A model generated the notes under the pieces. It was given only the letters and a program-made list of their open reading frames with translations, made no database searches and had not been told where the DNA came from. Shown here piece after piece: positions 14,143 to 35,700 of a DNA stretch of 64,000 nt (positions are counted from its first letter, which is position 1; each line of letters starts with the position of its first letter). The DNA is from Lingula anatina (Eukaryota > Animalia > Brachiopoda). The position numbers and the translations under genes were made by a program. The stretch lies in contig CM120640.1 of assembly GCA_051362555.1 (NCBI GenBank), positions 63,094,788 through 63,158,787 on the forward strand. Reading direction: 5' to 3'.

Positions 14143-17100
14143 ATAATAGTATTTTACAGTATTGAATAAATATGTTTGTATTATCACCGTATGCCTGCAC
14201 AGACAGTTGTCACAGTGATAAAATGGCAAGGAAATTGAAATAGATCATGAATGAGTTTCGAGTGTCATCACAAGTAAAAAGGTAATGATCAGTTTATCGC
14301 AGTTTAATTGTCATCAGTTATAAAGACTCAGAATGCTGATATCATAATGAGAAAGCTCCACAGAAAAAGAAGGGTCACAGTGGTGCAAGCTTTTGAGAGC
14401 AAACTTAAAGCGAAGTCATTTTAATGGATCATAGGGACCATTCAGCATAGAAGATCTGAGTATCAACTGGTCCAAGGCTCAAATATAGAGGACCCTACAT
14501 GAAAGGAAGACTGCTTAATCCTGTAATGGTCTCTCTGCCTGTAATGATCTTCTATTTTGAATGGCCCCATAGTAGCCTGTGTCTTATGAAAGGCCCAATC
14601 TTGAACAGGGAGTAGTCTGTTCTACCCCCATGGTTTAAACACCAGTTGTTAAATTAAGGAACAGGAAATAACACTAAGGAATGTGGAGTGTATGAAAAGT
14701 TTTACATTTTACTGTTATTCACTATAAAGATTATGCTCTCACTCTCTGGTGTACCAGTACTCATGATCATCTTTTGTTAGAGTTTGTTCTCAGTGTTTTC
14801 TTATGCACATCAAACTAAGGATACATGTTCACTCGGATTCCATAAGAATAAGGTGTAAGAAGTATCATAGATCAAGTTCACATTGAAGAAATCTAGTGAG
14901 ATTAGAATTACGGGGTTAATTATCTGCATGAATTGTCTGTGAGATATACTAAATGACTTCATGATCGATTCATAATTCTAATGCAAATTTAAGGAGTGTA
15001 CAGAGTGGAATAAACTGTTGGTGCACCATTTGCCAGTTTTCTTGCATGGTACATGTACTGTTATATGTACCCGTGCTTTGAGAGTTGCATCTACATTCTT
15101 CCACTCCCTCAGTTAGTGTACACATGACTTCACTTTTTTCATGGGCACATGAGTGCAAACTCCCTTAAGAGGACTCAAACGTGTGGAGTAACACACACCT
15201 CAAAAGTGCACGATTTAGTTAGGGACAGATCTTTGATATGCCTTTGTGTCCTGCCAAAATTTTCTGCTGATATCTGTCAAAAAAAAAAAAAGAAAAAAAA
15301 ACATACTATTTAAATTTATTTTCAAAAGGAATACCAAAATAATTATTTAAGTTCAAAATGCCAATTTCAGAGATATGTTGACTTAGAAGGCATATCTGTT
15401 GATATATTTTTCAGTGGGGAATTGATTATTCACAGGTCTTCTCTTTCCACCCCTTATTTTTTGTTAAACAACTCAAAATTGCTGCTTTTCATTCTTGTTA
15501 TCACCAGATATACCTATTTAGGCAGACGTACCTACACATATTTTGGATTGACATCATTCACTCTCCACATTTTAAATTTGTTATACATATAAATGGAAGA
15601 TAAATTGTTAGAGTTTTGTTGCAACATTCCAGTGTAGTGAGTCAGTTAAGCAAAGCCTTTTGTACCGCAAAAGTATATGTTGCACTATTGTGAAAAAAAT
15701 AAAGTCTGTGATTGTAGTTAAAGTGATTTTTGTTCTAAACATATTTTGTGTCACATTGAGCTTTAATTCACAATTTTAATATAATTTCTTATATAATATA
15801 TATAATATTATACAGGAAGATGTTTTTGTTCTCACCTTTTGTGTGCAATTGCCAGACCTCAATGTATATAGCGAAAGATAAAGTGATGATAGACTGTATT
15901 TCTAAGACTAAAGGTACACCATGCATCTTAGAACTTTATGGTGTTCAACATTGCTGCAAAAATTAAATTAATCTATAAACACTAAATTTCTACTTTGACT
16001 GTTACAAGCCTAATTTACAGGCTTTTATCTTCACTACAAGAATGACTCAACAATTAGAAACTCGAGCTCAAAAATGAATTCTAAATTGCGTTTTTATCAA
16101 TGGTTTGAGATATAGTGCACATTGGTAAAATTTTCAGGCAAATTTATTTTTGTTCCTTTTAAGTTTTGGATGTAGCAATATCTCAGTTTATAGGCTTGTT
16201 AAATATCAAAAGATTACTCATTTTTTCATGCACATGCAATAAGAGAAAAGCTTCAATCTACTGCCATTTACTTTTTGCGTGTGCAAAACCACATGTAAGT
16301 TGCTTTCACTTCAAACAATAAATTTCCAAGAATTATTTGTAAAATGACACCATTTCATTTTCTGCATGATCCAGCTTTTCTTGGTTGGTTTCTGGTTGTA
16401 AGAATAGGAGAAAAAATGCAGTTGTTGTTGGTTTAGCTGACATTATGAGGTTTTCTATACTATTTTCTAGTCTTAGAGTCAAAACCCAAAGCCTCTTGCA
16501 AAGGATTTAAAGAAGCCAAACCTCTGGTTGCATTTTCTAATCGTGTCATTCCACAAATAATGGAATTCATTTTTTATTGTTTACACAATTATTTTATTGG
16601 TATGGAAAGTGGCGCCATTAACAAATGCATCAAGTTTATTTTGATTGATGATTTGGTGTTAAAAATTTGTTAAACAAATCCTACTGAGATAACTCAGATA
16701 AGGATCAACTGTATGGCAATTGTTTTCTTATTCACCTGAAAATGCACTTGATGAACATTTCAGCAGTAAAGCAAGTGTCCATACTCTAGCTTATAACTGA
16801 AAGACTGCTTGAGTTGAAAAATGGAGGTAGGTTTGCCCAATAATACGAAATTAATGGTGGCAAATTCATGTTAGGATAAACATTTAAGTAATAACAATGC
16901 CATACAACTTAAACATTTTAAATTAATTTAATACTATATTTTGAAGAAAAGTATATACATAAAATGGCAAAATTTGGGATTCACTTGAAGCTCCATCTTG
17001 CCTGTATGGCATACAAACAGTTATTAAGCTACGGTATTAAATAGATAGTTAAATATTACAATTATGATATTCTTATAACAAGACTGACACAATGTGTAGA

Positions 17101-20100
17101 TACAGCTCCTGTGTACCACATACATGGTTGAGCAATTCCTTTCAGGTTATTTAGTTAAAAAGGCAAAGTGGTAGGACTGCTTCCACTTGCACCACTTGTA
17201 CGATGACATTAAAGATCATGGATAAATTTAGTCTTTGAAATCTACATATAACCACCCAATGAACTGAATATAAGTCTAGTATCCACTGTTAAGCATCACC
17301 ACATTATAAAAGTTATGTTACTGGTCAAAGCAGCAACATGTTTGTTATTAGGCAAAATTTACAACTGATACAATACAAAAGTGATGTGACTTCAAGAGCA
17401 GAATTTTTTATGTTCATTCACAATATCTTTTGAACACATGAAGAAAGGGCTAAATTTGTTCTGATACAAATATTATTACCTGCTAAGAATAAAGCTTAAA
17501 ATTTAAAATGTGAATATGAAAAAATACTTCTTGTTCAAAGTAGAAATGTCACTGAAATAATTCCAAAAGGTCACTACACAGTGTAGAGTTTCTTAATACC
17601 ATGTCATTCTTGCAAGAATAGCTCATAATTCCAAGCCATAGTAATTTCTCCAACAGTCCAGCTGCTTCACTTCACAGGTGATTAAAAGCTTAAATTACAA
17701 AGTTATTAGATTTCTACCTGAAATTTGATTACTTTGCCATTATCCACAGCAATATATTTTTTTCTGTCTTTAATAGTGAAAACATTCTTTTTTGGTCCTA
17801 CACTTATACTTAGATACACTGCCATATATTTGCTCATCAAAATAAAATCATATTTCTTTGCAGGACTTCATTAAAAAAAAGTAAAAGGTTCAGATCCTGC
17901 TGAAGCTTCACCATCTTCAAGTATTATAAATTTGTGAGTAAGACCCTCATGCACTAAGCTGTGATTTATGAAAAACCTGAGGATGGATAAACTAATTATA
18001 CAAATCTTAAGATAGAGGCAACTTGACCAAAAGAGTCAGATTTTATCAACATGATCTGTGAAATTACCAAACTAGTCTATTGCACAATTTCAGAAATAAT
18101 CCATTTACTGTATAGCATTCCAGCTAAAATAAGAGCAATGGAAAAATGGCTACAATAAGAAAAATAAATTGAAATTGTTCTTGTCAATCAACCAAAATTG
18201 AGTGATCTGCCAGAACAATGCTGGTCAAGGGGCTGAAAGTTCAAACTAATGATGACTGAATAACTTTTTTCTCAGTGATTCCTGGAAACAGATTGCCTTC
18301 GTTTCATATAAGTTATAGGATTTGTTAAGACTGCTAAACTTGGACAGCTGACTATACTGACTTTATAGTTACTGTAGTAGTCCAAGTGAAACAACTAAAG
18401 TTGGCTTCCATTAGTTTGCAATGTTACCATGGTGAGCAGAAGCCAGTGCCTAGCCAACAGTATACTTGTCATAATTTAGAATGTCGTATATCTTAGTCCA
18501 TGTTTCTACATCAGTGGTTAACATTAAAATGTTTATTACTCAATTACTTTAAGAAGTTAATATAATTATTCTTCTGTATTATCACTGTACCTCCTGGGCA
18601 CAAAATCTACAAGTGGCAAAATAAGATATTTGGAAACGGCAAAGTATTCAAAATTCTTGAATGAAAATCTTAGTTTTATAGAAAGCTTTGGATCCTATAA
18701 AATTACAACTTTATCCCTAAAACTTTGATTGTTACCAAAATAAAATAAAAATTTTAAATACCCCCAAAATACTAGAAAGGATATGGGTGAAAATAGGACA
18801 CACTCATAAGATCTTACACATCTAGTCTAATGTTGCTAAAATGGAATAACTTAACAACATAAAGGTATCATATTGACACAGTCTTTTTGCACAAATAAAA
18901 GAAAAAAATCCTTGTTCCAGTCTGCAGAGTGGAAGCAAGAAGGTATTATTTGTAGAGTAAATACTATGCAAAATGCTACCTTCTTTAACAACACAAGCAA
19001 AGATTACCACTTGTTTGTCTATACATACACAACCTTGTATGTACTCATGTGTTTGACACAAAATTCACGTTGATAATATAGAGACTATATTCAAATTCTC
19101 TCTCTCTCCTTTTCACATTCACACAAGCATGTACACATTTGATCACTCACTCCACATTATTTACACATAAAAGTACATTTAGTAAATAGATAAATCTATG
19201 AATACAATAAGCATGTGTTCCTTCTTTATGTAAATAAATTCCTCTTCTTAAAAGCTTCAATCTTTGGACAAGCTTGGGATTGTTTCATAAATGTTATATA
19301 ATAAACTAGAGCTTCATCTAAAAGCTGACTTTATAAAAGTTTAAATAGTAATTAATAAATTTAATGACAAATTACGTAACAACCTATACAGTTTTATATT
19401 ATTCCTACTGGTACATCATGAACCGTACAAGTACACATGAAATGTAAGAGTAGAATAACACTGACTGGCCACCTTTATTTGTATATATTTATATATATAG
19501 CACAGTCACATGTAAGGAAATTGATTATATTTGAGCAGCTGTTTCATACCAAGAAAAACAACCAGCTGACTATGGGCAGTATATTAACATATTCAATACT
19601 GGTATATTTAGGGTGTGAATCCAAAGTCAGCTCTTTTTTGCTTGCTATGTAAAGTTAATAATTCTGAGTGTACCAGAAAGATCTTAGCAAATGACCCGTC
19701 TTTCAGTATATTTCAGAGACTAAATTGCACTGTTAGCCGACTTAGTTTCCTTCTAGAGATATCAATTACTAATTATTATAACTGCTTGTCGTCTACTTGT
19801 ACCTTTACAAAACCAAACAACATCCACATGTGCCTATCTAGCTTCATGTTCAGACAAAATCTCAATCTCATTTAAAAAAAAAAAGAGGGGGAAAAAAACA
19901 GAACACACCAAGAAAAATGTGCTCAATTGTTGTCCTTAGAAACCACACTTGCTTTAAAAGAAATCATATTCTCTAATGATGCTCTGTCATGATAACCAGG
20001 GCTCCAACAGCTCCCAGCCAGGCATCAACAGGCATCACCTATCTTCTTCAGCCAGCTGTCAGGTTGTAGTAAATCCACACTCCATCAGCTATGTAATTTC

Positions 20101-20110
20101 CTGTAGTTTA

Positions 20111-29007
<8,897 letters not shown>

Positions 29008-29183
29008 CTGCAAAGACATGAATAAAATCAAATGACTGGAAATAATAAAGGTGCTAACTAATCAGTCGTATCCTGGTTGCTGTTGCTGGTGTATGTACTG
29101 GACAGAAAAACATTTCTCTGAATAAAAAGGGAAGTTATTAAATTCTACAAAGCGAACAAAAGGATATATAATTGCTAATTACT

Positions 29184-29533
29184 TTGTCTGCTAAAACTGG
29201 GGAAAAAATAATTAGTCATGATCCAATCATTTTTAGACTACTGATGAAAACCTGTGAAATGTTATGAAAAATAAAGAAAACACAACTGTTTCATAAGTAG
29301 AAAAAGACCCCCAGCTGCTGGTATCATAGCAACCCAAAAAATAAAATAAAAGCAATAAAAATCATTTATTTTGGTTACCATCTATAATTGTCTGCTAAAA
29401 CTACAGGAAAAAATATTAATCGTGATCCAATCATTTTCAGACTACTGATGAAAAATAGTGATAATAGAATATTTCATATGAAGAAAAAGGCCCCCAGCTG
29501 CTGTTATCATAGCAACCAAAAAACAAAATAAAA
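29184..29533. repeat. Diverged local direct duplication (about 150-170 bp unit)
   Basis: TTGTCTGCTAAAACT..GATCCAATCATTTT.AGACTACTGATGAAAA..CCCCCAGCTGCTG.TATCATAGCAACC occurs at 29184 and 29388. Confidence 0.8.
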
Positions 29534-29736
29534 AAGTCAGGAAAACTGTCAAGTATACAGATAAAAGCAGAAAATATTCACAAAATAGAAATATTGAGAA
29601 TATTTTATTAGCAAAGGTGTTCAAACCCACGAAACTTCCAAGTCCAAATGAAAATTTGGCAAAAAACTGCATAATCTCCAGTAAAAGAATGCAATCAGGC
29701 TGGTATTCCAACTGAAGCTTTATTACAGTCCTATGA

Positions 29737-29737
<1 letters not shown>

Positions 29738-29772
<35 letters not shown>
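29738..29772. repeat. Poly-T tract
   Basis: About 35 consecutive T. Confidence 0.9.
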
Positions 29773-29773
<1 letters not shown>

Positions 29774-30406
29774 GTAAATTTGAGAATCATAATTAACATG
29801 GCTTACTTTAATGGTGAATGTGGCATCAGTGCCCAAAGTAGGGTTTTTTCAACTTTGATGCGATATTACATAAAGCTTCACAGCATAATCACCACCACTT
29901 TTTATAATATAAGTAGCACGGGTATTCAGATATTGTGACTAGAAAAATCCAATAGGTGACTTCCTATTCAAATTCAATAATAACTAGTCTTTGTTCCAAT
30001 ATGAAGGACTTGATAGAGGCATCTCCAGGGGATTTATGAGGGATATTCACAAAATGATTTCACTGATATAAGTTTCTTAATCTCATCTCTCCTCCCCACC
30101 TTCCAAAGAGTATAATAAGTGTTTGCCCAGTAAATGGGTATAGGGCTACCATCATTTATAATACTATAAATCTCCTCTTAGGACAGTATCCAACAGTCTG
30201 ACCTTCCATCTGAGATTTAAATTTTTCACACATCTCTCTTTTATCATGGATCAATTATAAATGAAATATCTCTGTAACTATGTACTACAATACACAGCAA
30301 AGACATGTCACAAATTTGTCACCAATATTCAGGTGTTCATTTAACATAACTTAACAGTAGCTATTCATGATAACAACATTATCCTACTTATTCAATTTTT
30401 CAGTTA

Positions 30407-30629
30407 TACCCCCTTTACACTGGACGGCGTCCTTTCTGCGTCCTTTCTGCGACCATGAAATTTGGCATCGCTGTGGTCTTAATAAGGAGGCACGAGCATT
30501 AATTTTGTATCAGAATGAATGCTCAATGATCGACCAGTTGTCGGCACGTAAAATATTATAATTTTTTAACTCTCAAATGGGGCCGGACTGCTGGACGCAG
30601 AAAGGACGCCGTCCAGTGTAAAGGGGGCT
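30407..30629. mobile_element. PIF/Harbinger (Tourist-like) MITE, 223 bp
   Basis: Perfect 35-bp inverted repeats CCCCCTTTACACTGGACGGCGTCCTTTCTGCGTCC (30409-30443 and 30593-30627); TTA on both sides (30404-30406, 30630-30632) fits a TWA TSD. Confidence 0.85.
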
Positions 30630-30702
30630 TTAGCAAAGTTTTCCTTTTCATTCTTATCCTGTAGAGTGAAACATTTTGTGTTCAGATATTTTCTCAAACT
30701 TC

Positions 30703-30843
30703 AGGGCCCCATTAACTCGAAAGCACCGTGCATTGCAACTGAGTGCAAGCATCTCGATTCCATAACTTGCCCCATATAATAGCCTCAAAATAAAAGGTGA
30801 TATTGCTATTCGCAATTTGCGATGCTTTCAAGTTACAGAGCCT
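30703..30843. mobile_element. Degenerate MITE-like inverted-repeat element
   Basis: About 35-bp imperfect TIRs: AGGGCCCCATTAACTCGAAAGCACCG.. versus the reverse complement of ..CGATGCTTTCAAGTTACAGAGCCT. Confidence 0.4.
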
Positions 30844-31507
30844 AGTATGAACACTTAAATTATCAAAATACCAAAGTGAGGTGCTTGAACCATGATCTAG
30901 CTAATTTTATGGACCAAAAATCCTTCAAAATTATAAATATTACTTCTCTCCTACCACTTCAAAACAATCAGAAAAGTGACCTATATAATTAAGAAATCAA
31001 CCATGACAGTGGTTTATTTACAATTTTTTTAAGATAACAATCTTATGGAGGCAATTGCAAATTGAGGCTCTGTTCACTAGAAAAAAAAGACAATTTGTTA
31101 ATTGTTTGTTAATTATTCTTCTCTGAAGTCTTTAAATCCAATACCAGTAAGTGGAATACTTAAATTCCTTGCAGTTGCAAGGAACTAAGATACAAAGAAT
31201 CAAGAAAGTTAATCTTGAGGGACCTTTCTCATTGACGTCAGAAGATGCACAATGTATCCCTACAGATTGTGCATTTAAACTCACATTTCTTCCACCATTA
31301 TCCTGAGTCTATTCATCAGTTATTACTAACTTTACCACTACTATTAATACTATGAGTGTTCAACTGCTCAATTTCCATGTTTTGCAACAGAAACATCCCT
31401 TGTTTTCTGGGCATCATATTCAAATATTCTTGTATACTCATATATCAATCCAGGGTTTGAATGTTTGTCGATTATGCTAATGTATACCAAGAAAAAATAT
31501 TATGTTA

Positions 31508-31509
<2 letters not shown>

Positions 31510-31544
<35 letters not shown>
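31510..31544. repeat. (TG)n microsatellite
   Basis: Pure GT run. Confidence 0.95.
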
Positions 31545-31545
<1 letters not shown>

Positions 31546-32682
31546 ACATGTATGTTGCTGGAGGTGGGGCAAGCAGTTTAGCCATTCAAAATCATTTAAA
31601 TTACACAATAAATTAGTTCAAAGCAAGCATTACAAAAATAATAATAGCAATGCATAAAAACCAGCACAGTCTAGGCTAAGACAAATGGCATTAGATAATT
31701 TGTGCAAACATTTAATTGGTTTAGTAAAAGATGGTCACATGTGTGCAAAAAAAAAAAAACAAATCTTATTACATGTCACACTGTCTCTCTGATCTACAAC
31801 ACCAAACTTTAGTGTACATCGTAAAAACGTTACTTTTCTGAATTAATCTAATGTTATTTGTATAAAATAAGGATTCATAAAGAATATATTCTAAATGTAT
31901 TTGGTAACATATTCTCTTTTTAACACCCCTGGACATCAAAACATAAATGGTGACTTACTAATCATCAATCAAACAAAAAATCCTGTCAGACTTTGTCATA
32001 TGGCATACCATGAGTAGTTCACTTAGTTGATTCTTCAGCAGGTCATATAATTGCCTTATAAATCTTTTTCTACAGGCCATTCATAATTTCCAATGGCATC
32101 ACCATCTAAATACATCTTTTTTTCATCCAGGCTGGTTTAACATAATACCATTATGAAAAGGACGTCATCCTATTACTCTAATGCTTTACATCATAACCTC
32201 ACCCTTGTTAAGACTCGCTCTTGCAATGTGGTGCTACCTGCCTCTGCCCATCGCTGGCATCCTACCAGGGGGAAGCTGTGTCTCCTCCCTACTACTATAC
32301 CCCCAGCACAGGGTATGTTCACTTCACACACAACCATAGCACACTGGTGGAGTGGTGACCGGTTCGTTGACCGTCACATAAACAACTCACTTTGAGACAA
32401 ACCTAGCTGGTTGCTTTAGCATGCAATGGAACCAGACTACTTGCTAAGTATCGTTGTATAGAGCTACGATATATGAACCTTCTAGCAACAGCATGCACTG
32501 AGGCAATATGCAAAACAGGCTCAGATGGCTGGGAGCAGAGCGCTCTCTGTGAGATTACCATAATTACCCTAATAGTTTATATACAATTATTTTATCAGTG
32601 GTGTGGTGTGCCCGAGGACTTGGATTAATAAGCTACTATATGGGTCCACAGGTTCTCCCTGATATGTAATCTGTAAGTGACC

Positions 32683-32737
32683 GGGCGGTTGACGTCAAAC
32701 TGTGCAAATGTATGACAATAATGAATAGTTAGCCAAT
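32683..32737 (-). promoter_or_regulatory. Candidate internal promoter in PDE3 intron (GC box + CRE + CCAAT)
   Basis: GGGCGG 32683-32688 adjacent to TGACGTCA 32690-32697, CCAAT at about 32733. Minus-strand donor-like sites lie downstream at 32390 (AAA|GTGAGT) and 31958 (TTA|GTAAGT). Confidence 0.45.
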
Positions 32738-35700
32738 TCCGACCAGTCAGAAAAAAAGATAGATGTTCTATTCATTATGCAACTTATGGGCAAAGAGAAC
32801 ATCATAGTATAATTGATGAGGAGAGGAAGAGATTTAATTGACAAATTGGTATGTCAAGGTGTATGCAGTGTGAAATATGTGTGTGCCCTCTTTATACATC
32901 TGATTTTTACTATATCTTTACAGGTTAAGATAACTTTAATTTTGATTACATACAAAGATAACATATTTGTTTATGTGTAATTGTTTGACAAATATCATAC
33001 ATGTGACATGTCTTCATTGTGATAAACTACACCAACAAAGATAGCAACCTGATAAGGGAACCGTTTTGACGTCATATGTCATGTTAATAAGAAACCAATC
33101 CTAACATTTTCAAACCCTGAGCTTGCATAAAAACACTGTGAACTTGTCAAGTATTTGGCTTTGCATAACCCATTGGTTCATGGACATGCAATGCAAATTA
33201 GACTTTTCTAACTGAAGTCTTCCTATTAAAAACACTCATTAAGAAAGCTCAGGGTAACATTAAAGCAGTTGTTGACATCAGCCTGCATTTTAATAGGAAG
33301 AAATTAACTAGTTCCTACCACAAAGAAAAAAAAACATCTATTTTTAATTCTAATTTCAGTTGTGACAATAGAAAAATTATGTATCAATGCTACATCTCAT
33401 CTAAATTATGCATCTGAAATATAAATTCCTTTTTACAGATATGTGTATCATCAAGGCAATTATCATGTGCTATATCCTATTACAGATAATTACATAATCA
33501 TAATTCAAGTGATACACTTTGGACAAATCTGATGTAAATAAAAATCAACTTGTTCATTCCACTGTTATTTAAAAAGAAGACATTACCAAAAATAAACTGG
33601 CATTACCTGTATGTGCCTTCAGAGTAGAATGCTTTTATCAGTGTTTCATTCACTAAACAGCTCACAACTTTCAGTCAGGGAAAATGAATGACTTTCCCTT
33701 CTTCCTGGTAATTTCACCACAGCACAGCACCCTGTACTTGAAGTTGAGTGTTTGTGAAAAGTGATGGGGTCAAACGGGAGGGAATTCCCACATTTCTACA
33801 CAGTGGGAGGGAAAGTAAACTGGATGGACTACATCGCTAGCACACTTTAAACTTTGTGGTTGCAGCTTAGCAACTAACAAATATCCTACCACAAAAAAAT
33901 AAAAAGGAAATTTGGAGTAGGCAACTCTGTCAGAACTGTGCCTGGCATTTGCGTGGATTGTGCCTTACTTTTTTATGTATGGATCTATGTGAAAAATCAA
34001 AGAAATGAAAACTTTCTTACTAGGAACAGATCCCAATTTCTGAGAAAAAAAAAAAACTAATGCTCTGCTGTTATTTATCTCCATTAGTTTGATGAAGTCA
34101 TTTCAATCCTGGGTCTCTCATTCTACACACCACTAAGCCAATGAATCTGTTTAGACAATAAATAAAAAAAAAAAAACATAAATCTCCAGGCCTTACCTAC
34201 TTGATATCATAGTGTTTTAGGACTTGCCCTAGTTCAACTCTCCACGTCCAGCATTGTACTCAAAATATGAATGAAGAAATACAGAAAAGTCTTTAAGCCA
34301 AGTAGTCTGATGAACTTCCGAGGCATCTGTCTGAACTTAACAAGTCAACTTCACTGCATGTGGGACCAATAAACAGCTACTGAACTGTGCTTTATGCGAC
34401 ACACACCACAAATGTTTTGAAAATAAGCTAAGACAGTTGGCTTTACATATGAAGCAGATGCCAACTGATAATATCAAAACATACAGTGGCAGTAACAGAA
34501 TAATGCACTGCCATTTTTTCCACTTTTTAAAAAACTTTTATTCAGTATTACTATGACTACATGACTTTAAAGTTAATACTATTTATTTCTAAGAAAAAAA
34601 ACTTAATATTTATGACATAATATCTATGAAAATATGTCATTTATCATGTAATCTCAATAAGCCTCCAGTAAGAAACAGAAGTTTATATGATAGACTACAA
34701 GTACGTGGCCTTAGGACACTGCAAATTTATAGGTGTGCCACTGTGATATTCTTTTATATATTACAAACTCAGACATGGCCTCCAGCAAAGAAAATTGTTG
34801 TATGACGTCAATACGTTTGTGACTTCTCCCTGATCTCTGCACCCAGTAATTGTGACCAAAGCACCAAGTCAGTCCAGAGCAAATTCTCTGTAATTTTTTT
34901 CAGTGGGCTATGTGTGTAACAAAAAAGAGTATAATTTGCACTTCCTGAAATTATTTCTCACATTTCAAGATTGGACTTTATCAGAAATGTTTCTAATTGA
35001 AGTGCAGCAATGTCATGAACAAATGGAACTTGAAGCAAATCCACAGACGGAGTGGAAACTTTGAACTTTAAAGCATGAACCAATGTTAATGTCAAATGAC
35101 AAATTATGCTACAAATATTATAACAAAAAATATCGAGATGGGTTGAAACAAGGCACAGCTTGTGGTTAGGTGGACAATATACGTACATGTCAAAACACTA
35201 ACCATGCCTCTGATACTAACACAGATGAGAAACAGATAGTTGTACTGAAGTGTGTAGGGTTAACAATGGCCAACCATTATGTTCTACAGTTGTTTCAGGA
35301 TTTGGCCAAGTTCAGCGATAAACCACAACAGTGAAAAATATATAAAACCATTGTTTCATCCATGAAACATGAAACCACAAGTGACATTAGAAGACACACG
35401 AAAAAGCAGATAACTTATTCATCATAACATACTCTTTATCTATAAAAATCCTGTTAAAACTTAAAAGGATAATTGGGTTTTGTACATTGCTAACAGTTCT
35501 TGTCATGTCATTTTCCATTTTTTGATACCATACATGTATATACATTAACAAAAATAAATAAAAGGTTACAGCAGTTTTTCTATCACATTCAAGACATGGG
35601 GGCACAGTTCAATTAACAAAAAAAAAAAAAATCCCTACTAGAAATTGTACAAGGAAATCCATTACACATTACAAAACACCACTTTTTTTAAATCTAGGTG

